A stretch of DNA of 63,851 bases, counting the filler, from Octopus bimaculoides (taxonomy: Eukaryota), in the NCBI RefSeq assembly GCF_001194135.2. It is 6 parts of 5 records of this genome, joined end to end, with 100 filler letters (N's around TTAATTAATTAA, not from the genome) between each part and the next. Parts side by side here need not be neighbours in the genome. Positions count along the whole stretch, not along the records: positions 27,056 to 40,673 come from NW_026351418.1; positions 40,774 to 51,165 come from NC_068982.1; 4 more parts are not named here. One strand, 5' to 3'. The notes under the pieces are model-generated. The model was not told the DNA's origin and did not search any database. It was given only the letters and a program-made list of their open reading frames with translations. Positions 38,176 through 49,300 of the stretch are shown here, piece by piece (within the stretch, counting starts at the first letter, position 1; each line of letters opens with the position of its first letter). A program made the translations under genes and the position numbers.

Positions 38176-38858
38176 GTCTGTCTGTCTGTCTGTATGCGAG
38201 AGGTGAGAAAGAGAGAGAAACGGGTAGAAATGGGTCGAGTGTAGGAGAGAGACCGAGAGGGAAAGAGAGAGATAGAGAGGGGAGAATGATGAAGAGAGAG
38301 AGAGAGGGGGGAGTGAGAGGGGTAGCAGCAACATACTTGATAGGGACAGCATTACTGTATAATCTCAGGGTGGATGGACAGGTGGAAATCGGGTAGACAA
38401 CAAGATCCATTTAACATAATTTTATTTTATTTATTTATATTCTAAACAAGAGGGCGAAGGAAGATGCAAAAAAAAAAAAGAAAAAAAAAAGGGACACATT
38501 TTTGCTCCCTCGTCTTTTCATTTATTTATTTATTTCTGTACAGTATTTGTGCTCGGGTACCGGGTAGGGGACGGACAAAAGGGTAGGCACTGAGTAAGTA
38601 AGTACGCCCATCGCCCATACAGGCTGCCGGCTGGATCGGATCGGCCGGCCGGGCGGCCGGGTGGAGAGTGGACTTAAATATGCATAAGTATTGTTAAGGG
38701 TAGTTAAAACGGGTACATTACAATATAGTCAGCTAACATATGCTTCTTCATTGGGGTGGCAATTCGGGTAAAAGGGGTGGGAGTTGTTTAGTCATTTTTT
38801 TTTTCATTATATAGTTATTTTTCATTGTTCCTTTCTTTGTTCGGGTACAATACGGGTG
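38034..38858 (+). promoter_or_regulatory. Putative regulatory region: homotypic (C)GGGTA cluster plus CpG-rich patch
   Basis: CGGGTA at 38034, 38221, 38390, 38554, 38561, 38710, 38765 and 38842. Additional GGGTA at 38071, 38320, 38581 and 38698, all on the plus strand. CpG-dense GGATCGGATCGGCCGGCCGGGCGGCCGGG at ~38634-38662. Function is inferred only. Confidence 0.3.
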
Positions 38859-38944
38859 TGTAATATATATTACACCAGATTAATATTTCGTCTTCTTTTG
38901 AGCGATGTGGGACGGTTTAAAGAATTATTAGTATGGAGGATAAC

Positions 38945-39480
38945 TGCCACTTCGTCGGTAGCGACGACGAGTGTTCCAGTTGATCCAATCAACGGAACAG
39001 CCTGCTCGCGAAATTAACGTGCAAGTGGCTGAGTACACCAGAGACACGCATACCTTAACGTGGTTCTAAGGGCCTAGCCTGGGTCCCTATTGGTTACAAC
39101 GATGAGGGATCCAGTTGATCTAATCAACAGATCAGTCTGCTTGTGTAATTAACGTGCAAGTGGCTGAGTATACCGCAAACACGCATACCATAACGTGGTT
39201 CTATGGGCCTAGCCCGGGCCCCTATTGGTTACAACAATAAGGGATCCAGTCGATTTAATCAACGGAACAGCCTGCTCGTGAAATTAACATGCAAGTGACT
39301 GAGTACACCACAGACACGTATACCTTTAATGTAGTTCTCAGAGAGATTCAACAACATACAGAATGTAACAGGGCCGACCCTTTTGAATTACAGGTACGTC
39401 TCACTTTTGACAGCCAAGTAGACTGGGGCAACGAGAAATTAAGTCTCTTGTTCAAGGACACGAGCTGCCGGGAGTGAATT
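38945..39480 (-). mobile_element. SINE family C copy with an internal 135-bp segment triplicated
   Basis: CCAGT(T/C)GAT..AATCAAC recurs at 38976, 39111 and 39246 (period 135). The head side ends in CORE-like AAGTCTCTTGTTCAAGGACAC and CCGGGAGTGAA. Confidence 0.8.
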
Positions 39481-39918
39481 TAGAGACAGAAACTGCATGG
39501 AAGCCCACATTTGCATGTGTGTCTGTCTGTCTGTGTGTATGTGCCTGTTTATCTGTCCGTCATTGACACCTGAACTCTGCTTGACAAGCGATATTGGTTT
39601 GTTTACATCCCCATAACTTAGCGGTTCGGCAAAAGGATCCGGTTGAGTAAAAACCAGACGTAAAAAAAAAAAAAGAAAAAAATGCCAGAAGCAGAAGCAG
39701 AAGCGTCGATTTGTTCGACTTAACCTTTTAAAGTCGTGCCACAGCATGGCCGCAGTCCAATGCAAAAAAGAATTACAAAATACAAAAATATATACGACGG
39801 GCTTCTTTCAGTTTCCGTCTACCAAATCCACTCAAGGCTTTGGTCAGCCTGACGTTATACTAGAAGACACTTGCCCAAGGTGCCACGCAGTGGGATTGAA
39901 CCCGGAACCATGTGGCTG
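39481..39918. mobile_element. SINE A 3' part (+, 39481-39762) abutting a SINE A head (-, 39790-39918)
   Basis: ACTTAGCGGTTCGGCAAAA...CAGCATGGCCGCAGTC, then ACGACGGGCTTCTTTCAGTTTCCGTCTACC...CACTTGCCCAAGGTGCCACGCAGTGGGATTGAACCCGG. Confidence 0.85.
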
Positions 39919-39924
39919 CGAGCG

Positions 39925-40195
39925 ATCTTCCTTTATGATCAAAGACGTTCCAGCCGTGACCATCCCATCTGTTATTCAGGCATAGTGTATCTAGGACTAC
40001 ATTATCTAATGTATAGTGTAGGAGTTAGTATTAGTGGCTATAGGTGTTGTTGTTTAACCCCAGGTCAGTCCTGATCCAGGCAGACCTATGTTCAAAGACC
40101 TTCCAGCCGTGACCATCCTATATACATTTTGCACTTATGTAGTGTATCTAGGAGTAATGTGCAATTTAAGTGTGATTTGACTGCTATTTCGCTTA
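39925..40195 (-). mobile_element. Repeat family D copy with an internal duplication
   Basis: TATG(A/T)TCAAAGAC(G/C)TTCCAGCCGTGACCATCC occurs at ~39934 and ~40087, each followed by TAGTGTATCTAGGA. Confidence 0.6.
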
Positions 40196-40217
40196 CATCA
40201 GATTGGTTCTCCTGCAG

Positions 40218-40261
40218 GAGCATACGGCGTCCCAAGTCCAGTCGTCAGACATGCGCATTCC
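40218..40261 (+). other. Candidate 44-nt coding exon
   Basis: TTGGTTCTCCTGCAG|...CATTCC|GTAAGT. All three frames are open; the phase-1 reading is (G)AYGVPSPVVRHAHS. Confidence 0.3.
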
Positions 40262-40454
40262 GTAAGTAGATACATATTTGCGGATTAACACCTTCGTTAA
40301 GCCAGCGATATGGAATTATGTAAAAGTATTGATAACAATCAAAGTTTATATTCGCTTTAATGTGTGCCATCACGAAAAAATTATGGATTAGCCGCTATCA
40401 CGTGATATAATGTTTGCCGGCGTGTTCCGTGATCGGCCGAATTTAGCCGACGGA

Positions 40455-40467
40455 TAGACAGATAGCG

Positions 40468-40504
<37 letters not shown>

Positions 40505-40673
40505 GGCAGGCAGGCAGGCAAACAGACAGACAGACAGACAACAGACAGGCAGGCAGACAGACAGGCAGGCAGACAGACAGGCAGGCAGACAGACAGACAG
40601 GCAGACAGACAGACAGGCAGACAACAGACAGACAGACAACAGACAGACAGACAACAGACAGACAGACAACAGA
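40455..40673. repeat. (GACA)n/(GGCA)n compound microsatellite
   Basis: Direct inspection. Confidence 0.95.
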
Positions 40674-40773
40674 NNNNNNNNNNNNNNNNNNNNNNNNNNN
40701 NNNNNNNNNNNNNNNNNTTAATTAATTAANNNNNNNNNNNNNNNNNNNNNNNNNNNNNNNNNNNNNNNNNNNN

Positions 40774-40811
<38 letters not shown>

Positions 40812-41006
40812 CACACACACATACATACACATAAATATACCCATGACTAAACATATGAATAGATATGTGAGTGCTTGCATACATTCATATATGTCCATGT
40901 ACATGTACATGTATTTCTATGTTTTGGTAGGTGTATGCAATAACGTCGGCATCTCATATCAGTCAAAATGCTTCTGGTCAGCGATAATTATTTTTCCTCA
41001 CACCAG

Positions 41007-41171
41007 AAACTTCACAGTCACCGCCTCCATCATTTCACCGCCCCACATGCACCTACACATACAGACTCTCACCCTCACTCATATAACCCTCCCTCCCCCG
41101 TCGCACACACTCATAGCTCTCCCCACATATATATCAACAGCCCAACACCGACGCGATCCACGATATCTTAA
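41007..41171 (+). other. Candidate terminal coding exon (His/Pro/Ser/Thr-rich)
   Basis: Acceptor ATTATTTTTCCTCACACCAG; phase-0 frame KLHSHRLHHFTAPHAPTHTDSHPHSYNPPSPVAHTHSSPHIYINSPTPTRSTIS*. Confidence 0.22.
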
Positions 41172-41711
41172 TATCCACTACCGCCGTCAGAAGACACATC
41201 TCAAGCTGTGATGTCCTCTGAAGTCTCTATGTCGAGCAAAAGTTAGTTTCCTTGTGTGTATATATATATATGTATATATANNNNNNNNNNNNNNNNNNNN
41301 NNNNNNNNNNNNNNNNNNNNNNNNNNNNNNNNNNNNNNNNNNNNNNNNNNNNNNNNNNNNNNNNNNNNNNNNNNNNNNNNNNNNNNNNNNNNNNNNNNNN
41401 NNNNNNNNNNNNNNNNNNNNNNNNNNNNNNNNNNNNNNNNNNNNNNNNNNNNNNNNNNNNNNNNNNNNNNNNNNNNNNNNNNNNNNNNNNNNNNNNNNNN
41501 NNNNNNNNNNNNNNNNNNNNNNNNNNNNNNNNNNNNNNNNNNNNNNNNNNNNNNNNNNNNNNNNNNNNNNNNNNNNNNNNNNNNNNNNNNNNNNNNNNNN
41601 NNNNNNNNNNNNNNNNNNNNNNNNNNNNNNNNNNNNNNNNNNNNNNNNNNNNNNNNNNNNNNNNNNNNNNNNNNNNNNNNNNNNNNNNNNNNATATATAT
41701 ATATATATATA

Positions 41712-41872
41712 TACGACGGGCTTCTTTCAGTTTCCGTCTACCAAATCCACTCACAAGGCTTTTGTTGGTCCGAGGCTATAGTAGAAGACACTTGCCCAAG
41801 GTGCTACGCAGTGGGACTGAACCCGGGACCATGTGGTTGGTAAGCAAGTTTATTACCACACAGCCACTCCTA
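41712..41872 (-). mobile_element. SINE family A head, well conserved
   Basis: Reverse complement GGAGTGGCTGTGTGGTAA (A box)...GGTTCAGTCCC (B box)...CACCTTGGGCAAGTGTCTT (CORE-like). Confidence 0.92.
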
Positions 41873-41972
41873 TGCCTATGCATATATACACGTACATACA
41901 TACATACGTTCAATTTCTGTATCCTGTGAGCATATTTACATAAATACGTAGATTCGATTCAATTTTTTCAAA

Positions 41973-42143
41973 TTTTGGCACAAGATCAGCAGTTTCAAAG
42001 GAGGTGTAAGTCGCTTACATGACACGAGCTTTATCGTCTCCGAAAGGCAAAGTCGATCTCGGTGGACTTTAATCTTACTACATAAAGATGGACGAAATAC
42101 CGCTAAGTATTTTGCCCGAGTGCTAACGATTCTGCCAACTCGC
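41973..42143 (-). mobile_element. SINE family B, internally deleted
   Basis: GACGAAATACCGCTAAGTATTTTGCCCGAGTGCTAACGATTCTGCCAACTCGC is the reverse complement of the family B head. Confidence 0.85.
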
Positions 42144-43500
42144 TACATTGCATAAAAACTTATATTCTTGAACACTGGACTCACCTTAACTACCAGAAAT
42201 GATTATACTGAATGTTTCCGCGAAATCTTAAGGGAGTTAAGAAATATTCACGCAAATAAAAGTTTAAATAGATGTCATAAATCTTTGTCTTTCGTGTTAA
42301 ATATGTGTACAGTACAGTGTGTAGTTTTACATCTACTGTAATAAATGTGTGTATATTTACGGTAAAGTAAGGTGCGACAATTAAAACTTTTTAGTGTTTA
42401 AATTTTTTACAATTATGTAGCATGTAAACACTGATGTCAATGATTGTTCATAAAAGAAAAGAAGAAAAAAAACCGCTCCATCTTACAATGATGAGATTTA
42501 AATTAACCACAGTGTAATCGAGACTGAAGATAATGAAATTGAGGCTGACAATGACAAATGTGAGGCTGACTTTGACGTGATTGAAGCTGATAATGACCAA
42601 ATTCAGTGGAGGAAAACCTGTATATATGACTGTATCAATTGGTATTATTGATCAACTTGTAATAAACAACGTTTATTGATGGTGTTTCACCTTTAACATG
42701 GCAGACCATATTATTTTCCAGGATCTATTTTTATGATACGTATTTTACTTGAAGAGTTGTAATGTATCTTGTCTTTGAAGCCACTGTTAGCTAGGACATT
42801 GTTATAGTAGGGGGGCTGTCTTATCAAATATCTCTTCAGCAGAAGAGAAATTAGATATCCTATTACTCATGTTAGCTATAAGGTTTTTAAACACTGTAGG
42901 GGTTATCTACGTAGGAGGGTTTCTCGTTTCGCTTATAGTACGGCTTACAAGAGCAGGAGTTGAGGTCTCGGGAAATATGTAAAAAAAATCAACTTTTGAC
43001 AGGTCAGTAGTAACAGTGATTTTGAGGCCTAATTTGATTGAAACTATCGATGAATTATATATATATATATGTATATATATANNNNNNNNNNNNNNNNNNN
43101 NNNNNNNNNNNNNNNNNNNNNNNNNNNNNNNNNNNNNNNNNNNNNNNNNNNNNNNNNNNNNNNNNNNNNNNNNNNNNNNNNNNNNNNNNNNNNNNNNNNN
43201 NNNNNNNNNNNNNNNNNNNNNNNNNNNNNNNNNNNNNNNNNNNNNNNNNNNNNNNNNNNNNNNNNNNNNNNNNNNNNNNNNNNNNNNNNNNNNNNNNNNN
43301 NNNNNNNNNNNNNNNNNNNNNNNNNNNNNNNNNNNNNNNNNNNNNNNNNNNNNNNNNNNNNNNNNNNNNNNNNNNNNNNNNNNNNNNNNNNNNNNNNNNN
43401 NNNNNNNNNNNNNNNNNNNNNNNNNNNNNNNNNNNNNNNNNNNNNNNNNNNNNNNNNNNNNNNNNNNNNNNNNNNNNNNNNNNNNNNNNNNNNNNNNNNN

Positions 43501-43559
<59 letters not shown>

Positions 43560-43951
43560 AGCATACATATGCTCAAACATGCTCTCATTATCCTCTCTTA
43601 ATAAGATGCTTTATTTCGATGCAGGGGTGTAGGGCATTGAGCGGAATTTGAACGTAAAGAGATGGAACTGAACTACGCGAGGCTATTTTTCTTGTGATCT
43701 TTTTCTGTTTCATCTGTTCTGTATGTTTATAATATATAACATAAGTAGACAACTAATAGAATGGAGGAATGGAACAGTAAATGAAACTCTGAAATTGACC
43801 TCAGGGTTTTACAAGTACAAAATAAAGACATTGAGTTCATTGGAACACCCTCCCCCCGCACACACATAGTGTTTCTGCGTGCGTGTGTGGGCATACACAA
43901 ACACATAATATTTCTGCGTGCCTGTGTGTGTATGTGTGTATGTGCATGCAC

Positions 43952-44018
<67 letters not shown>

Positions 44019-45199
44019 TACATACACACACACACACACATGCACATATGTCCACGTGTGTATGTACGTGCGTACTTGCGTGTGTCTGTATATACAGTAG
44101 GAAGGAAAGAAACTTTATAGTGCGAAAGAATGACAAGGTAGTCGTTTGAATTGATGAAACGATCAAACAAATCTACTTGTAGAAGGAATATAAAGAAGGA
44201 AAGAAAGAAGCCAAAAGAATGTTAGTCGACGGAATGGTAGCGAATTTTCACCAAACAATTACTTCTTAAGAATATTATTGGATATCGAGAAAAATGTGAA
44301 AGGGAAAGAAAACAAGGATGTAAAAGAAATAAGCATAGAAATTATTGAAGAAAAATCTTTTTCCTTCGATAAGAATAGATCTTGACGGAAAATTAATTAG
44401 TAATGTAATGCATTGAGTCCAGAATATAGTTAAGTGGATCTGGTGCCGCAGTTGGTGCAACCAGGCCTATCATTTCAACTTTTACAACTAACAAAAATAG
44501 CGAAGCTACAAGAGACTCCGTTTCTTTTCCTGTCCATTCTATTTTCACTGGCAACGGGCCAACTACCATGGATATAGCAACTTGTTTCAAGAAATACAAC
44601 GAAGAAATGACGCTTATTGAAGTGTCTTTTCAGCTGACCGTCAGCGCTGAGATTCCTGCCATTATTGCCTTCAAACCGATATGTTTAGCGCTCTTTATCT
44701 CTCTAACCTTCCGCCTTTTTCTGTATTCCCCATTTCTCAACTTTCTTTATGCTGCCCCTTATACACCACACTTCCTTTCTTTTCTTTATTGCTTCATTGC
44801 ATTCGAGCGCATCAGTTTAGATGAGATCATTATTCGGAAAAGTTATTTTCGTTTCCAGGTTTCCGCCGGGTACCCAGGCATAGAAAAACATATCAAAGCT
44901 TTGTCATCTCCGAGGTCGAATATCTTCCTCTTTTTCGAAACTGTTTGTTTGAGTAGACAGGTTTAATAAATGGAGTAAAATGAAATATGCACAACAGAAG
45001 TTTGTGCATCAGTGGAAAGTTTGCAGAGAGTCAGAAGACACCGCTCTTGTTTCGAATCCCGGTATGATTTATATTATTTGTAGATTTGAGTTTCACTTAC
45101 ACAACTGCGTTCTGAATAGTTGCGAAAATATATTTTCTACTTTGTACGACAGAATAAGCGATAACATATGCAGCAAAAATCATAATCTTTTTCAAAAGT

Positions 45200-45312
45200 G
45201 ACTGACAGAATATGTATTAAGCTTACAATAAAATAAGTCCTGGGGTCGATTTGTTCGACGAAAAGGTGGTGCTCTAGCATGCCGCAGTCACATGACTGAA
45301 ACAAGGAAAAGA
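45200..45312 (+). mobile_element. SINE family A 3' tail
   Basis: AATAAGTCCTGGGGTCGATTTGTTCGACGAAAAGGTGGTGCTCTAGCATGCCGCAGTCACATGACTGAAACAAGG. Confidence 0.85.
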
Positions 45313-45396
<84 letters not shown>

Positions 45397-45599
45397 CTCA
45401 ATTTTAAATCGAAAGACACAAGTACAATCGTCACTAAAGTAACTAAAGGTGCAAGTCAGCACCAACATTGCTAGAAATAAGAGTCAAAACAACTCTTAGC
45501 CACAGACAGGGCACTATTTAATGACTGACGAGGGAGATAACCTCCCTACAGCAAGCAAGAGCGCTAGATCACTGGAGATTTCGGTAGAATTAAACTGTG

Positions 45600-46060
45600 T
45601 GTGTGTGTGTGTGTGTGTGAGTGTGTTTCTGTCTGTGTTTGTCCTCCACTACCGCTTGACAGCCAGTATTGGTTTGTTTACGCCCGCGTAGCTTACCTGT
45701 TCGGCAATAAGAGACTGATATAATAAAGGCGGCGAGCTGGCACAGACGTTAGCACGCCGGGCGAAATGCTTTGCGGTATTCCGTCTGTCTTTATGTTCTG
45801 AGTTCAAATTCCGCCGAGGTCGACTTTGCCCTTCATCCGTTCGGGGTCGATAAATTAAGTACCAGTTGCGTACTAGGGTTGATCTAATCGACTGGCCCCT
45901 TCTCCAAGGGCCTCGTGCCTAGAATAGAAAAGAATAAGAAACTGATATAATAAATATCAGGCTTAAAAATATAAGTACTAAGGTCGATTCATTCGACTAA
46001 AAGTTCTTCAAGGCGATGCCCCAGCATGGCCGCAGTCTAATGATTGAAACACATAAAAGA
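45600..46060 (+). mobile_element. SINE family A 3' half, split by a SINE B insertion
   Basis: (TG)n-CTGTGTTTGTCC...TTCGGCAATAAGAGACTGATATAATAAA [insert] ACTGATATAATAAATATCAGGCTT...TCGACTAAAAG...CCAGCATGGCCGCAGTC. Confidence 0.85.
45728..45940 (+). mobile_element. SINE family B, full-length young copy (213 bp) with a 14-bp TSD
   Basis: GGCGGCGAGCTGGCACAG (A-box-like)...GAGTTCAAATTCC (B box)...AGAAAAGAATAAGAA. ACTGATATAATAAA is present at both 45714-45727 and 45941-45954. Confidence 0.95.
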
Positions 46061-46731
46061 AAAAAACATTGATACCAATTATTTGCGGCCCTTAATACAA
46101 ACAAATGTATTTGACATGTTGTATATCCTCCGTATAACTTCTTTATAATTAGCAAATTTCTACTTCAGTANNNNNNNNNNNNNNNNNNNNNNNNNNNNNN
46201 NNNNNNNNNNNNNNNNNNNNNNNNNNNNNNNNNNNNNNNNNNNNNNNNNNNNNNNNNNNNNNNNNNNNNNNNNNNNNNNNNNNNNNNNNNNNNNNNNNNN
46301 NNNNNNNNNNNNNNNNNNNNNNNNNNNNNNNNNNNNNNNNNNNNNNNNNNNNNNNNNNNNNNNNNNNNNNNNNNNNNNNNNNNNNNNNNNNNNNNNNNNN
46401 NNNNNNNNNNNNNNNNNNNNNNNNNNNNNNNNNNNNNNNNNNNNNNNNNNNNNNNNNNNNNATAACTCAATCGTGAGAAGATTTAGAGGGCTCGAAGGAG
46501 ATTTGAAATATTATCTCAATAGATAAATAAAAAAACTGCTTAAGAGTCTTTGTATAGAAACCGGCTCTAATTTATAGTATCAAACAGCAGGATCTTGATA
46601 GTACGATATCTACAGCAATATCCAGAAAAAAAAAAACAGAGGGCAATGTTCTCATTAAAAAGGAAATGTTTTTGTTTTAATATACGATTAAGTAGTAAAA
46701 CTGAGCGGAGTAACTCATCTTGCTATGAGTG

Positions 46732-46790
<59 letters not shown>

Positions 46791-47124
46791 ACAATGTATG
46801 TGTGTGTATGTATCTATGTATATATATATGTATATATATATACACATGTGCATATAATACACACAGAGACGCATAATAAGCATGCGTGCTTATGTATGTT
46901 TATGTGAAGGGAAAGAAAAATGGCGGTATTTAAAAACATTTAAATTTATTCTTATCATCAACGCTGATTTGCACCACAAAACGCAATTCTATTTCAATCT
47001 CTCAAATTTTTGCTTTTTGTTGTTGTTGTGTCTTCGCTTTCATTTCCATTGTATTCATTTTCATTTCTTGTATCCATCATTTTATTTCTTATACTTGTTG
47101 TTTTACAAGTTATGTGTTTTTTTA

Positions 47125-47260
47125 TGTATGTATGTATGTATGTATGTATGCATGTATGTATGTATGTATGTATGTATGTATGTATGTACGTATGTATGCA
47201 TGTATGTATGTATGCATGTATGTATGTATGTATGTATGTATGTATATACGTATGTATGTA
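47125..47260. repeat. (TATG)n microsatellite
   Basis: Direct inspection. Confidence 0.95.
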
Positions 47261-47640
47261 TAAGCAGTTGCTTGTGTATATGACTGAGAAAGGATGCAGT
47301 AAAGTACGTGTGCGATTACTTGAACATGTATATATACATATACATATATATACAGTATAAACATACATACAACCAAATCTATGCATGTATATATGTATAT
47401 ATATATGTGTGTGTGTATGTATATCTGTGCATACGTTCATTCATACCTAACGTATATTTACAAAGAAATATGTACTAATATATCATTTTTGTNNNNNNNN
47501 NNNNNNNNNNNNNNNNNNNNNNNNNNNNNNNNNNNNNNNNNNNNNNNNNNNNNNNNNNNNNNNNNNNNNNNNNNNNNNNNNNNNNNNNNNNNNNNNNNNN
47601 NNNNNNNNNNNNNNNNNNNNNNNNNNNNNNNNNNNNNNNN

Positions 47641-47685
<45 letters not shown>

Positions 47686-47755
47686 GAGAGAGTTAGATAA
47701 ATACATATATATACATATAAGTATATATAAGTGTATAAATATAAGTATATATAAG

Positions 47756-47818
<63 letters not shown>

Positions 47819-49208
47819 ATGTATGTATACAAGTATATATATATATATATATACACGTAAGTATATATGTAAATTTATGTGTGTATACACACGTGCACAC
47901 CAAAACACACACTCCCGCATATATACACATACATAAGTATAGGTATATACACTTTTCTTTACATCTGATACATACAGCCAGATTAGTTTAACTTTGATAA
48001 AAGGTTATAGAGAGTGTTTTATCTGCTGGTTGTTATTTTACTCACGTATCTTCAGCAGTACAACAATGACAAGACTATATCAGCCTAAAGAGTAAAGTTT
48101 TGATTTCTGCGACAAAAGCTGCAAGTTCTGTCTGGAATTATGGCTGAGGCATTTTATCTTTGCTTACTTGTTAAACTTCAGTCTCAGTTAGTCGTGTTTT
48201 GGCCAGAAAGTTCCTCCCTGTGATTTACTTAAGGGGAAATCTACGAATATCAATCAGCCGATTGCAATATTCGATATATTTACAAGCTTACTTGTCTCCC
48301 TACAATAGTCGGTGTATGTATGTATGTATATTTCCTGGGTAAGTCTTTAAAATTCGTTCGGTTGTGGGGCCTTGGTACGGGAGTTCCAGATTTTGAGAAG
48401 GTTGGAACCACCTCTTAGCCACTATTGTTCCCATGTCTTCTCTGCCCCGGAATAGTAGCACCTCTTAGGGTCCCAGCTATAGGCTAACTATAGGCTAACC
48501 ACTGGGGGTAAAGGACCACCAGTTCTCGTTTAGAACTTCTTTTTAGAAGAAGGTAAATTCGTACGAAGAAAACCTGATGTGCAGTCGGTTTCTGGTCATC
48601 TCAACCTCTCTTGTGCAACTATTTTGTAGTTGCTTTCACTGAAATCTGAGTTCAGCATAGGCTCGGGAACAGAGTGTACAGGGGAATACAAGGGAACCCC
48701 ACAAAGTTTTAAGGTGTCAATGAAAATGCTTGAACAACCTAGGTTGAACCGGAGCTTGCAATCATTATGCAAATTTCGTCCCTGCACTTATGGAGTTCAG
48801 TGATGTACAAAAGTTTACCCTCTCAAAAGAAATTCACTAACATTGTAACATTTCTGCCAATGCATTGCCTTGGTTTGGTATTTCTTCATCAGTCAGTCCC
48901 CAAAAGATGAAATGCAATTCGACTTCGACGGGATTTCAGCTCAGATGCAGAGAATCGAAACAAATAAGTCTTACTATCCGACACATTACTGATCCTGATC
49001 ATTTGCTATTAGTTACGGTTGCTATGTCAAGTAGGTCGAACAACTGCCCAAAGCTTCATTGTTATTTAGCCTCATAGTAGTTCTGAAGAAGCTACTCTGT
49101 GTTTCTGTATGCAACTTGTCCTTGCTTTTTAAAAAAACTACATTGTACAAATTGAGTTGAGATTTGGCTGCTGTTTCTCGGAGTCCAGACACATATGTAT
49201 TTATATAA

Positions 49209-49256
<48 letters not shown>

Positions 49257-49300
49257 TGTCTGCATATATACACATATAATATATATAATCTATATCTGTA

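Noticed and set aside
38976-39330. Regularly spaced repeats that could be mistaken for a CRISPR array
   Set aside because: The whole 135-bp unit is repeated with no unique spacers, the context is eukaryotic SINE sequence, and there are no cas genes.
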